Source: Nitrospinaceae bacterium
GTDB lineage: Bacteria; Nitrospinota; Nitrospinia; Nitrospinales; VA-1
Direction of reading: 5' to 3'
Length of the DNA: 64,000 nt
NCBI GenBank assembly: GCA_023271875.1
Contig: JALPWY010000003.1
Span: 3,888-67,887, forward strand
Within the stretch, counting starts at the first letter, position 1, and each line of letters begins with the position of its first letter. The notes below the pieces were generated by a model that was not told where the DNA came from, ran no database searches, and saw nothing but the letters and a program-made list of their open reading frames with translations. Shown piece by piece: positions 37,608-48,015 of the stretch. A program made the translations under genes and the position numbers.

Positions 37608-37643
37608 AAAAAAAAAAAATAACGGCTGGTTTTGTTGCCAGCC
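37608..37643 (-). terminator. Rho-independent terminator (minus-strand orientation)
   Basis: Minus strand: GGCTGG, 8-nt loop, CCAGCC, followed by a run of 12 T. It lies between tRNA-Phe and csrA. Confidence 0.5.
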
Positions 37644-37743
37644 TCCTGACTACACGACTAAAGCAAAAGGGATATTCGTTGACTCTATTTAGTGATTATG
37701 ATACTTATCCACTTTCGCTGCCGAAACTTTTTTTGAAATACCT

Positions 37744-37819
<76 letters not shown>

Positions 37820-37903
37820 CTTTAATTTACTTAAAATTAAGTTTTATTATTTGCAAAACTTGGGTATCAACCCACCCTTAATCGGGTAGATCGAAAAGAA
37901 ATA

Positions 37904-39235
37904 TTAATTCCCAAACCTCATTAGGTAGGATCTCACTTCCTCCAGCCCACTTCCTGCATCAATATAAATGTACGAATTCCGCGCGGATGAGTTTAAAGCA
38001 AAATTTACACGGGCAAGCTGTGTCCCATCAATAAACATAATATTTGTCCATGGCTCTTTTACTCTATAGTCCCGCCGTCCCGAAACAAATTTTATAAAAT
38101 TTTTGAAAGCTCTTACACATAACTTTGAACGCATACCTTCCAGATCACATACGGCACGAAGACCACTCGAGTTATTCATGGTGCGCTTCTCAAGTTTTTC
38201 AGCAAGAACGGCATTTTCTGTTGCCTCTACCCTGTTTGTTTTCGATAAAAAATAAGTCACTAGCTCATCCACCGACAGATCAAACCGAATGGAAACATCA
38301 AAATCGTCCTTAATAAACGTATTGTATTTTTCTATGGAAACTTCACCCCAGGGCTTCATGCGCATATCTTGGTTTTTACTAGCTTCACTCAAAGTTGTCA
38401 CTCCATCTAGACAGTTTTTTTCTGTTAATTCAGTCGAGCAAAAATATGTGGCAACCTGAAGTTGCTTTTCAAAAGCTTGCTTATACATTGACTTAATATT
38501 TTCGTACATTTTTTTCCGAGGAAGCCATACTCTCTGCGGATCTTGCTCAAGAGATTTATGAATTTCTTTTGGTGAGGCGTCATATTTTATTCTGAATGAA
38601 TGCGAATCCTTCCCCAGTCCCTGCCTATCATCTAGTATTATTTCCTGCCACTTAATTGGCTTTGCGTTCGGGATTGTCTCAATTGACGCCAATTGATTAT
38701 ATCCGGACATGCATTGCTCATTAGAAATTCGCTGGGAACAATAAAGTGAAAAAAACCTAAATTTTTTATTTATCTTACGTTTGAGAGTTGATATTTTCTC
38801 AAGAAAGCGCTCCTGTTCTGCTTTCGAGACTTTCGCTCTCAAAAAAGACATAACTTTTTCTAAAGAAGCATCCCACGGAATCAAAATTGTACTAAACCCA
38901 CCTGTCCTCAAAAAACGGGTACTGATACCAACTGAATGAATTTCAGGATTAGGCACCTTATTCAATGCCGACTCAAAAAGTTGAACCCCATCAAGGCATT
39001 GTCCGATAAGCTGGATTTGGTCTTCCGTAAACCCAATATTCTCTTTGAATGGAAAACATTCAACGAAACGCACACCAAACTTGGATTCCAAAGAGCTCTT
39101 AGCAAGAATCAGTTGATTAAATTTATTAGGGGGGCTAGCAAAAGATTCGCTTGATGAAAGTAAAGTAAAAACTATTCCCAGCAGAGAAACCCTCAAACAA
39201 TTCGTTAGCCTCTCTTCTCGGGTAAGGATCGTCAT
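37904..39235 (-). CDS. Secreted hypothetical protein built from four roughly 95-aa repeats, each with a conserved Cys pair
   Basis: Sec signal (LLGIVFTLLSSSESFA|SPP). The repeats are marked by ...QCLDGV, CSQRISNEQC, CSTELTEKNCLDGV and CDLEGMRSKLC, each followed by a beta-rich segment ending D(A/L)S..E(V/I)...L. The start overlaps the upstream ATPase stop (ATGA). Confidence 0.65.
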   Translation of the reverse strand: MTILTREERLTNCLRVSLLGIVFTLLSSSESFASPPNKFNQLILAKSSLESKFGVRFVECFPFKENIGFTEDQIQLIGQCLDGVQLFESALNKVPNPEIHSVGISTRFLRTGGFSTILIPWDASLEKVMSFLRAKVSKAEQERFLEKISTLKRKINKKFRFFSLYCSQRISNEQCMSGYNQLASIETIPNAKPIKWQEIILDDRQGLGKDSHSFRIKYDASPKEIHKSLEQDPQRVWLPRKKMYENIKSMYKQAFEKQLQVATYFCSTELTEKNCLDGVTTLSEASKNQDMRMKPWGEVSIEKYNTFIKDDFDVSIRFDLSVDELVTYFLSKTNRVEATENAVLAEKLEKRTMNNSSGLRAVCDLEGMRSKLCVRAFKNFIKFVSGRRDYRVKEPWTNIMFIDGTQLARVNFALNSSARNSYIYIDAGSGLEEVRSYLMRFGN

Positions 39236-41934
39236 GAGATGGTCACGGCGTTTGCGCCCATGGAAGAATAAGCATCAAAGATACCCTTGTGGCAGGTAAG
39301 AACTATGACTTGTCGTTTTTTAGAAAATTGTATTATTCTATCACGTATTTGATTGTTACGATCATCATCAAAGTTAACAAAAATATCATCCATGACAAGT
39401 GGCAGTGGTTCGCTCCGTTTTTCATACTCTTCTATCAAACCAAACCGAAGAGCAAGATATAATTGCTCTCTTGTGCCACGGCTCATCTCCAGCAAACCCT
39501 TTACTTGCTCATTTCCATCAACAATAAAAATATCATCCGAGTCCATCGGTTTAAATATTCTAGAGTAACTACCCTTGGTCACGTAACCAAATATTTCTTC
39601 GGCCGATTTTATTACTGCAGGTTGCCGTTCTTTTTCATATTTTTTTCTCGCCTTATCCAACATATAAAGAGCAATTTTATTAACAGCCCACTCTCTACCA
39701 AAATCTCTAATTTTTTGCCGATTAATCTCTAATTTGGCCTGCTGTTTTGACATGTCTTCATTATCGACTAAATAGTCAACGCGGGTCTTCGTTTCTCCTA
39801 TAAGCTGAAGCAATTGATCTTTTGCGGCGTTTAATTCACTCAATCTTTTCGAAACACTGTTTAGTTTCTGATGGTTTTCTTCTAGGCTGGTTGATTTAAC
39901 GGATTCAATGAATTTTTTATAGACATCTCCCAACCCAACTCGCGATTGAATGTATCCTTTTTTTTCAGCAATAATCCCGTCTAAATACTTTTTTCTTTCA
40001 ACAGTTTTGCTTTTCTCGATAAAGGTATCTTCATCTAGAACGCCGGCCGAACTTAAAAACTCTGAAAGCTCACCATTTTTTTCTTCTATTTTTCTTTTTA
40101 ATGAATTTATTTTTTCCGTCAACACCCGACCTTGAGTTTCTATGTTCTCCCTTTTCCCTATTAAAATACGCATCTCATCAAAGTGGCGACAAATCAGCTG
40201 TATACTCGTCGGGATATCTCTATCTACAACAAAGTTTTTTAAAAAAGGGGCTATTTTTTCTATTCGCCGTGACACATCTTTTGTCGTTTTAGACATGTCG
40301 CTCAGGCGCTCGTCAATACTTTCTCTTTGCACTATTCTAATTTTAACACCACACGCCTTCTCACCTAATTTCTCTGTGGCGAGCGGACTTAAGTGTTGAT
40401 CAAGACCTCTTTCACTAAGCCATGAAAACCATGCATTAAAAATCTCCTCTCTTTTTTTTGTGGCATTCCCCAGAAGTGTCACAAGCGAAACTTCTAAGTT
40501 ATCCACAGGCTCCTCTTCCAGCTTTATTTCAACTAAAGTTTTGTTTCGAAGTAGCGCCCCCATACCAACCATAACTATCCCTACGCTAAGAATAACGTAA
40601 TCAACCCAAATACCTCCAACCACCATTCCAGAAAAACCAACCCCGATTAACCCGTATGGCAAAGCAAGCTTCAATGGAGAAAGAGGTGGTTTCGGGTCTG
40701 GTTTATTAGTTTCTTTCTGTTCTCGATGCAAACTTAGTTTGTCTTTAGAGCTATTTTCATTTTGTCTGGATTCAGACAACCGATCATAAAACTCTTGGAT
40801 TTCTTTTTTTTCCAACTCAGACAATTCAAATTCATTTATTCGTTCTTCGGTCCACCCTTGTCCCAAAGAATTAAGATCCACTATAATCTGCGCACTTAAA
40901 TGTTCTCTTTCATTCTTTACTTTCAACTCGTCTTTTATGACCGACTGTATCTCCGTAAGAGATTGTTGAAGAAATAAAACATCCCCTTCACATTCCAACA
41001 AATCATTATTTATCACTATCTCGCTTAAGCTGATTTTTAATTCGTCATGGATTCGTTCCTCTTCTTGGATTTGTTTAAGCAAGTTTTTCCTGTCTATTTG
41101 AATAGAAGACAATCTACGCTCTCCATCTTCAGGAAAATTCGAAATAGTTTCCATTCGATTAACTTCTTCCAAGGCGCTTAATATTTCCATCACTACTGGG
41201 AATAGTTCTTGCTGGGTTTCAAACAACTTCTTTGTTAATTCCAGTTCATCTATTTCTTTCATTTTTGAGGATTTTTCAGCATTCATCTGGGATAACGAAT
41301 TAGTTAATTCATTAAACTTGCCAAGGTTTTCTTGAATTTGCATTACTTCTTTTTCAACTTCACCTATTTCACCAAGGGCCTCCCTCATTTGAGACTGCCC
41401 TCTTGGCCTAAATATCTCTACGCAAGATTTATCTATCTCTTGTTCTACTTTTCCTAAAGATACGTCCCCTAACCCCATCCCCACACCATAGATACGGTTC
41501 TTAATTTCTTCACCCCGCAAACTTTGTATGTCATGTAGTTCATCGATAGTAAATGCATAAAGATTTTTAAAAACACCTTTAGTCGCGTATCCTAAAAGAG
41601 AATCAAGATAGGATTGCCCCTGGTTTTCTGTCGATTCCGTGCGGATCACAGGACCATCTTTTTTGCCTGCTTGCCTATCAACTGAAATTAATTGCCCCGA
41701 TGCTAAAGCACATTTCAAAATCCCACCTAAAGAACCTCCATTAACAGGTGTGTACTGATTGATCTTTTGGTTTTTTCCTGGGAAACCAAACAACATGCAT
41801 CGTATAAACTCAAGCAACGTTGTCTTGCCAAATTCATTGGGACCATAGATGATATTTAGACCCGAAGACACGCCTTTAAATTTATTAGCAGAAAAAACTC
41901 CAAATCCGTCGATTTGTATTTCTCTAATTTCCAT
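39232..41934 (-). CDS. YhaN/SbcC-like AAA (ABC/SMC-type) ATPase with long coiled coil and a central transmembrane hairpin
   Basis: Motifs: N-terminal Walker A GPNEFGKTT; C-terminal Walker B/D-loop LPLVMDDIFVNFDD. There are about 700 aa of coiled coil, with the hydrophobic LALPYGLIGVGFSGMVVGGIWVDYVILSVGIVMVGMGALL in the middle. Confidence 0.8.
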   Translation of the reverse strand: MEIREIQIDGFGVFSANKFKGVSSGLNIIYGPNEFGKTTLLEFIRCMLFGFPGKNQKINQYTPVNGGSLGGILKCALASGQLISVDRQAGKKDGPVIRTESTENQGQSYLDSLLGYATKGVFKNLYAFTIDELHDIQSLRGEEIKNRIYGVGMGLGDVSLGKVEQEIDKSCVEIFRPRGQSQMREALGEIGEVEKEVMQIQENLGKFNELTNSLSQMNAEKSSKMKEIDELELTKKLFETQQELFPVVMEILSALEEVNRMETISNFPEDGERRLSSIQIDRKNLLKQIQEEERIHDELKISLSEIVINNDLLECEGDVLFLQQSLTEIQSVIKDELKVKNEREHLSAQIIVDLNSLGQGWTEERINEFELSELEKKEIQEFYDRLSESRQNENSSKDKLSLHREQKETNKPDPKPPLSPLKLALPYGLIGVGFSGMVVGGIWVDYVILSVGIVMVGMGALLRNKTLVEIKLEEEPVDNLEVSLVTLLGNATKKREEIFNAWFSWLSERGLDQHLSPLATEKLGEKACGVKIRIVQRESIDERLSDMSKTTKDVSRRIEKIAPFLKNFVVDRDIPTSIQLICRHFDEMRILIGKRENIETQGRVLTEKINSLKRKIEEKNGELSEFLSSAGVLDEDTFIEKSKTVERKKYLDGIIAEKKGYIQSRVGLGDVYKKFIESVKSTSLEENHQKLNSVSKRLSELNAAKDQLLQLIGETKTRVDYLVDNEDMSKQQAKLEINRQKIRDFGREWAVNKIALYMLDKARKKYEKERQPAVIKSAEEIFGYVTKGSYSRIFKPMDSDDIFIVDGNEQVKGLLEMSRGTREQLYLALRFGLIEEYEKRSEPLPLVMDDIFVNFDDDRNNQIRDRIIQFSKKRQVIVLTCHKGIFDAYSSMGANAVTIS

Positions 41935-41984
41935 CTATTCCCCAACAATTAAAAATTATCTGAAGCATTGTTTTAAGACAAATT

Positions 41985-43232
41985 TTATTTCAACAGTTTA
42001 TCCAAACATAATGACTTGGCTTGAGCTAAGAAACCCTTTATTTCTTCGTCAGACAGGTCGCATAAATACTTTTTACCTTGCCAGGTTTCGAATGCCGGCT
42101 TAAGTACCTCTTTCAAGTCTTCGAAAGATTCTCTCTTTCCCTCTACGCCAAAGAGATTGACAAGGTCAGCAATAAAATCCTTTCCCTCCCGCAGGGACTC
42201 AACATCGTATATACCAGCGGTATCTAATTTCAGGTTCAGCCAAATCGAAGGTATTCTTCCTTGAAAATAAGTTCTAATTTCTCCTTGAAGTCCTTGTAGA
42301 GTGTCCCCTCTTTGTAACTCAGAATGAACCTGCGTCCTTCCATTTAACGATAAATCAATAAACACCTCTCTCTCTTTGGTTTGATCTGCAAAATATTCGC
42401 ACTTTGACCGCACGACATGTATCACTTCTTCCAACGTGATCGTTCCTGAAAGGTCTACCTCACCTTGAATGTATCGAACCGCGTCAACAGGTGTAAATTG
42501 AATTAATGGAACCGTATTTTCATTTAAGGTAACCAGGCAACAGCCCTTTTCGCCAGACTCTCTCATATGTCGAGCCTGACTATTCCCGGAATAAACTACG
42601 GCCGGATTGCTTTCACGCAATACGCAAAACCTATGAATATGACCTAAAGCCCAATAATCCATTTTCGCAGCGATTAGATCGTCCATAGAGCAGGGTGCAT
42701 AATTATCATGGCCGGACTGATGCCCAACATTCGAATGCAGTAAACCAATAGCAAAACCTTTGCCATTACCTCGAGAAAATTTTTTGGATAAATTTTCCGT
42801 CACATCACGTTTGGGGTAACTTATTCCATGAACATATGCTTTCACTACTCCATTTCTTTCAACCGGAAGGCATTCCATCTGCGTGCCAGAAAATACATGA
42901 ACTCGTTTAGGCCACTCGAGTGAAGCTGACCAACTATCAAGGGGGTCGTGGTTACCGTGAACAATGAAAGTATCAATCCCTTTATCAGAAAGCTTCTGCA
43001 ACCCATGACGAAATTTGAGCTGGGCCTCTAAACTTTTCTCGGCTCCGTCATATATATCACCAGCAATCAAAACTGCTTCGACTTTTTCTTTCAATGCAAG
43101 TTCAACAATATTTTGAAATGCTTGGTAAGTTGACTTACGGAGGGCCTCGACTAGTGAGTTTTCCGCAGAAGAAAATCCTTTGAAGGGGCTATCAATGTGT
43201 AGATCAGAACAATGGATGAATTTAAATGTCAT
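41985..43232 (-). CDS. SbcD/Mre11-family (YhaO-like) metallophosphoesterase nuclease
   Basis: Calcineurin-fold motifs: HCSDLHID, AGDIYD, GNHD and GHIH. I trimmed the start to the ATG at 43232 (MTFKFIHCSDLH). Confidence 0.85.
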   Translation of the reverse strand: MTFKFIHCSDLHIDSPFKGFSSAENSLVEALRKSTYQAFQNIVELALKEKVEAVLIAGDIYDGAEKSLEAQLKFRHGLQKLSDKGIDTFIVHGNHDPLDSWSASLEWPKRVHVFSGTQMECLPVERNGVVKAYVHGISYPKRDVTENLSKKFSRGNGKGFAIGLLHSNVGHQSGHDNYAPCSMDDLIAAKMDYWALGHIHRFCVLRESNPAVVYSGNSQARHMRESGEKGCCLVTLNENTVPLIQFTPVDAVRYIQGEVDLSGTITLEEVIHVVRSKCEYFADQTKEREVFIDLSLNGRTQVHSELQRGDTLQGLQGEIRTYFQGRIPSIWLNLKLDTAGIYDVESLREGKDFIADLVNLFGVEGKRESFEDLKEVLKPAFETWQGKKYLCDLSDEEIKGFLAQAKSLCLDKLLK

Positions 43233-43475
43233 CGTAACGTAGTTCAAAAAATGTAAAAATATCAATATAAGATCAAAATCTCTAGTTCGGGCATTATATA
43301 CGACGTCACTTTTTTTTTCCTTAGATTCCTTAAATATTGATATAGCAATTTTTGAATGCTTTATCGCCATTCAAAAAAAACTACTTATAAATTTAATTGA
43401 AACTGACAGCACTAAAGCTCATCTTATACGCTTAAGATTTCACAACTAAAAATGTCATAAATCATGATCCTCCCA

Positions 43476-44684
43476 ATGGAATACAGGCGGTTTGGCAAAA
43501 CCGAAGAACTGATTTCTGTCATCACTCTTGGAGGCATGAGATTCAAACATGGATGGACTCCTCCCAGAAACCATTTACCCAAAGATTCTATTGAGCACTG
43601 TATTTCTACAACCCGCATGGCGTTAGACCTAGGAATCAACCATATTGAAACCGCCCACGGGTATATGAAAAGTGAACTCTTGTTTGGCCATGCCCTAAAA
43701 GAACTAAGTGTCCCGAGAAAACAGTTCAAGATGATGACAAAAGGAGCTCCGATGTCTGGCGACGAGACTCGAAGTCTTGTAGAAGAGCAACTCGAGGCTC
43801 TTGGTTTAGATTACGTCGATTTTTATGGCTGGCATGGCATTAATAATAAAGAACTATTAAAAATCGCCGTAGAAAAAAATGGGCCTGTAGAAACCTTACA
43901 TCGGTTAAAAGATGAAGGGTTGATCCGACACGTTGGATTTTCAACACACGCCCCACTTGACACCATACTAGATGCTATGCAAACCGGTCTATTTAGTTTT
44001 ATCAACCTTCATTATTATTATTTTTTTCAACGCAACCTTCCAGCTGTACAATTAGCAGAGACAATGGATATGGGTGTTTTTATAATTTCACCCAACGAAA
44101 AGGGCGGGATGCTATTTAGGCCCTCCGAGAAAGTAAAAAATCTTTGCAAACCTCTTACACCCATCGTGTTTAATGGAAGATTCTGTTTATCTCACCCTGA
44201 AATCACCACTCTAAGTATGGGCATACACGAACCAAAACATTTCACTCAAAACCTAGCCATTCTGAATAGAGGAAACTACTCGAATAGTGAGCTTTCTAAG
44301 GTTAAGGCTGAAATGGATACTCCTTTAGCAAAAATCTCGAGTTTATGTACTCTGTGCAATCAGTGTCTACCTTGTCCTGAGAATATAAATATCCCAGAAA
44401 TTCTACGATTTAGAAATCTTGTCGAGGCCTACGAAATGAAAGATTACGGCCGCTTTCGTTACAACATGCTCGAAGGGCAAGGGCACTGGTTTCCCGGAAC
44501 CTTTTCTTTTAATTGCACAGAGTGTGGTGATTGTCTTCCTCGTTGCCCAGAAAATTTAAACATTCCAACCCTATTAATGGAAACGCATAAAAAATTATTT
44601 AGCAAACCTAAGTACTTAAAAAGCAAACTATTTTCCATTATAAAGTCCGCACTTAAAACCTTGAAAATCTGGAAATATTTTTGA
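43476..44684 (+). CDS. Aldo/keto reductase with a C-terminal 2x[4Fe-4S]-type Cys cluster domain
   Basis: The AKR N-terminus is MEYRRFGKTEE...LGGMRF. The C-terminus carries CTLCNQCLPCPENINIP and CTECGDCLPRCPENLNIP. An alternative start is at 43464. Confidence 0.8.
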   Translation: MEYRRFGKTEELISVITLGGMRFKHGWTPPRNHLPKDSIEHCISTTRMALDLGINHIETAHGYMKSELLFGHALKELSVPRKQFKMMTKGAPMSGDETRSLVEEQLEALGLDYVDFYGWHGINNKELLKIAVEKNGPVETLHRLKDEGLIRHVGFSTHAPLDTILDAMQTGLFSFINLHYYYFFQRNLPAVQLAETMDMGVFIISPNEKGGMLFRPSEKVKNLCKPLTPIVFNGRFCLSHPEITTLSMGIHEPKHFTQNLAILNRGNYSNSELSKVKAEMDTPLAKISSLCTLCNQCLPCPENINIPEILRFRNLVEAYEMKDYGRFRYNMLEGQGHWFPGTFSFNCTECGDCLPRCPENLNIPTLLMETHKKLFSKPKYLKSKLFSIIKSALKTLKIWKYF

Positions 44685-44751
44685 TTAAGAATTCCTGAAG
44701 CCTAAATTAAATACTAATTTAAAAAAAACATCAGCAAAGTACTTTATCGTT

Positions 44752-47700
44752 TTAGCTACGAGTATCGCCTCCTCCTGTTTGATAAGACAAGCATCCACTT
44801 AGCAATGACTCCGCATTACGGTAAGTGTCGTCCTTCTTTATTACCTGCTGCAAATAGGGGATTGCTTGTTGGCAGCGCATGGTTTTTGCGAATACCTCCC
44901 CAATAACATACTGCAGATTTATTTCATCTGGATCAACCATGGCATATCGGTTGCCATAGTCCAGCACATCTCCAGGTTCTCCCCTTCCACGATACCCAAA
45001 AATAATATTTTTTAGTGCCTGTTTATTGAGAGAGTCTCTTTCTAAAACTTGGATGGAATAATTCAACGCCTTTTTATACTCTTTTTTAATATTATAAAAC
45101 GACGCTACCGCATTTAGTAGGCCAAGGTTATCTGGGTCAGCGTCTAATTGAGCGTGTAAATCAGCTAATGCGATTTCCCGCATAACAGAACCAAACCCGG
45201 CTCGGTTGTTCTGGATAGATGCTTTAAAAAAGACCTTAGCCTCTTCGCGCCTTTCTAATTCCATTAAGTTATAACCTGCGTACAGGTTGGCATATGAATG
45301 CGCCGTGTCTTTGGCAAGAATTATTTTCATAATTCCAAAACTTTTCTCGTACTCGCCAATCTGATAATAAGCATGACCTAAATTCAACAAAGCTTCTAAG
45401 TTGGAAGGATTGGATCTTACTTCCTCCATCAAAATGGACACCTGCCTTGAACTTGCCTGCAAGTGGTACCGGACCAGATCACTTCCTCCTAACTGAGCCA
45501 AAGATTCCAAAAGCAGCTCCTGGTTTCCGTACATGACCCCTCGTTGGTAAAGACCCATCCCTCTATAAATACTTTCAAGTTGTTTTTGCTCCGCGTAAGT
45601 AATGTTGGATATGCGATTAATAATTTCTTTAAACGGAATTCTTGCAAACAAAAAGTCTTCGCGACCATAAACACCTATTACGTCTCCTAGGTCGAGATAA
45701 AATTCAACAACAGGCCAATTATCTGTTATTTCTTTTTGGTGGCTAGCTAAACTATTCATCTGGTCTTCCAAAAACCAGATATTGCTGAGAAATGAAAAAG
45801 CATCTGGAACCTTAATTTCCTGCATAACACGGTTCACAACCGGATCTAAAAACCGCCCCTTTAATTTTTCAAAATCAATGTCAATGGGGCGATCTGACCC
45901 GATGACAAGGATTTCATTTGCAACCGGCATCCAAGCTATTGCATGAGGAAACACCGAAAGAAAGGTTTTGAAGTGCATAAATACTTCTTGCTTCCCCTGG
46001 CTATGCAACGGAATCCATTGCGCCACAATTCCCCCTGGATTGAGATGCTTTTGGACTACTTCATAATATTCTTTAGTGTAAAGATTTACAGTAAACGCGG
46101 TGCGTGGAGGAGGAGGTTCCGAGGTTATAACATCGTACATTTTTTGAGTCGTCAGCAAATGATTCCTTCCATCCTGTAGGATAATGTTGACCTTCTCGTT
46201 TTTCAACGCGTTGTAATTCTGTGATGAAAATACATTACCTGCTCTCACAACACTCCCCGACAAGTCCACGCTATCGACGGCTTTTACTTTCGGATGAACA
46301 GCTGCAGCTCCTGTAGTTTGCCCAGTACCAAAACACACGACCAAAACTTCTTCTGGGTTGTCTACCAACATTATAGGTAAATGCGCCAAAAACTTCATAT
46401 ACCGCGAAGCAACAAAATTAACTGCAGACATGGAGACACCATTTGTGACCAGCCGCTTTGCATCTGGATCCAAAGCACCGTAATTATCCTTAAAAACGGC
46501 AACGGTATCAGTAAGCCCTTCCTCAAAGTACAGCAATTTTCGAATGTCTTTTTGACCGGTACTGTCTCGCATAAAAAATCGGTCAAGCAAGTCTGAAGGA
46601 AAACCCATATTCACTACAAGAATTACCCCTGCCAAAACCACTGTCATCATTTTACGTAACGTTTTCGTAAAATAATCTCCCGTGCGAAACAAGTACATCA
46701 TCATTAATAGGTTTAATGTCGCAACAAGGAGTAAGCTCTGTTGCACCCCCAATCTGGGTAAAAACAAAAAACCAGTAATAAGCGACCCTAAAATTGCTCC
46801 AAAAGTATTCGCTCCATAGATTTGACCGGTCCCTTTCCCTATACGTTCGTGACCACCAGATATCATTTTTATTAAAATAGGAAAACTCATACCCAATGCG
46901 ATCGTAGGTAGCAACATTAAGGCCGACGAATCTGCAAAATATCGACTAAATACAAAAAACGGCTTTTGTAGGTTGTAACCATTCCATGGAGTCGAAAGTA
47001 ATTGCTCCATGTTATACAAGGAACCAAGCACGTAGAGCCCAATGGCTGCCTGCAATAATATCAATACCGTTCTTAAATTTAGGCTCGATCGAAATACGGC
47101 CACGACTAGAAAACTTCCCAGAGCGATTCCGATGAGAAATACACCCAGCATCATGCTGAAAGAATAAACTGTGCTGGAAGTACTGAAAATTAGCAGTCTT
47201 GTCCATAAAACCTCATAAGATAAGGCTGTAAAACCACATACAAAACTTACAACTATCCACAACCATTGATCCCCTTCCCATGATATTTTAGGTATAGTGA
47301 AACGTGGAAAGTGTAATGCCTTACTACTTTCTAATGATTCCTGATAAATGCGAATTGCACTGATTCCAACAAAAAGATTAAGTACTGTGGCAGCCAGCAC
47401 TGTTTGCAAAACCCCGAAATTAGCAATTAGAAAAAAACCTGTCAGCAAACAACCCAATGCAGCACCAAACGTATTGATACCGTAAAGAAGTCCCAATCTA
47501 GCATCCAATTTAATATTATCTGTGATGTAGTATTGACTTATTATGGGTAGAGTCGCACCCATTAAGGACGCAGGGACAAACATCAAAATGAAGGCTAAAA
47601 AAGACTTGAATATGTTTTGAACCACTATGGATTCTGGAACAAAAAAACTAAACCATGAATAAATAACAGAAAATTTAAAAAGAATTAAAGAAACAATCAA

Positions 47701-48015
47701 ACACAACAAAAATAGTGCAACCTCGATCCAACCATAAATTAAAAGCAGAGAAGATGTTTCCAAATCTTCTGAAAACTCTTTACTCAAACTACTACTATCT
47801 GATTGTGTTTTTTTACCCCCGATATGGTTGATTGCATGACCAGAAAAATAGCTACCAAACCCTAACCCCGCCATAAATGAAGCCAAAACAATTGACACCG
47901 AAAAAACGGTGTGCCCAAATGCGAGAGTGAGCATTCGAGTCCACACAACCTCATAAATCAATGCAGTAACCCCAGAGAACAAAAACAGAAAATATACAAT
48001 TCGCGAACGTTTCAT
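44752..48015 (-). CDS. Fused polytopic membrane domain / spermidine synthase-like domain / TPR tail protein
   Basis: About 14 TM helices in two MFS-like halves are followed by the aminopropyltransferase-like motifs VCFGTGQTTG, DSVDLS and DVITSEPPPP, then C-terminal TPR repeats. Confidence 0.8.
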   Translation of the reverse strand: MKRSRIVYFLFLFSGVTALIYEVVWTRMLTLAFGHTVFSVSIVLASFMAGLGFGSYFSGHAINHIGGKKTQSDSSSLSKEFSEDLETSSLLLIYGWIEVALFLLCLIVSLILFKFSVIYSWFSFFVPESIVVQNIFKSFLAFILMFVPASLMGATLPIISQYYITDNIKLDARLGLLYGINTFGAALGCLLTGFFLIANFGVLQTVLAATVLNLFVGISAIRIYQESLESSKALHFPRFTIPKISWEGDQWLWIVVSFVCGFTALSYEVLWTRLLIFSTSSTVYSFSMMLGVFLIGIALGSFLVVAVFRSSLNLRTVLILLQAAIGLYVLGSLYNMEQLLSTPWNGYNLQKPFFVFSRYFADSSALMLLPTIALGMSFPILIKMISGGHERIGKGTGQIYGANTFGAILGSLITGFLFLPRLGVQQSLLLVATLNLLMMMYLFRTGDYFTKTLRKMMTVVLAGVILVVNMGFPSDLLDRFFMRDSTGQKDIRKLLYFEEGLTDTVAVFKDNYGALDPDAKRLVTNGVSMSAVNFVASRYMKFLAHLPIMLVDNPEEVLVVCFGTGQTTGAAAVHPKVKAVDSVDLSGSVVRAGNVFSSQNYNALKNEKVNIILQDGRNHLLTTQKMYDVITSEPPPPRTAFTVNLYTKEYYEVVQKHLNPGGIVAQWIPLHSQGKQEVFMHFKTFLSVFPHAIAWMPVANEILVIGSDRPIDIDFEKLKGRFLDPVVNRVMQEIKVPDAFSFLSNIWFLEDQMNSLASHQKEITDNWPVVEFYLDLGDVIGVYGREDFLFARIPFKEIINRISNITYAEQKQLESIYRGMGLYQRGVMYGNQELLLESLAQLGGSDLVRYHLQASSRQVSILMEEVRSNPSNLEALLNLGHAYYQIGEYEKSFGIMKIILAKDTAHSYANLYAGYNLMELERREEAKVFFKASIQNNRAGFGSVMREIALADLHAQLDADPDNLGLLNAVASFYNIKKEYKKALNYSIQVLERDSLNKQALKNIIFGYRGRGEPGDVLDYGNRYAMVDPDEINLQYVIGEVFAKTMRCQQAIPYLQQVIKKDDTYRNAESLLSGCLSYQTGGGDTRS

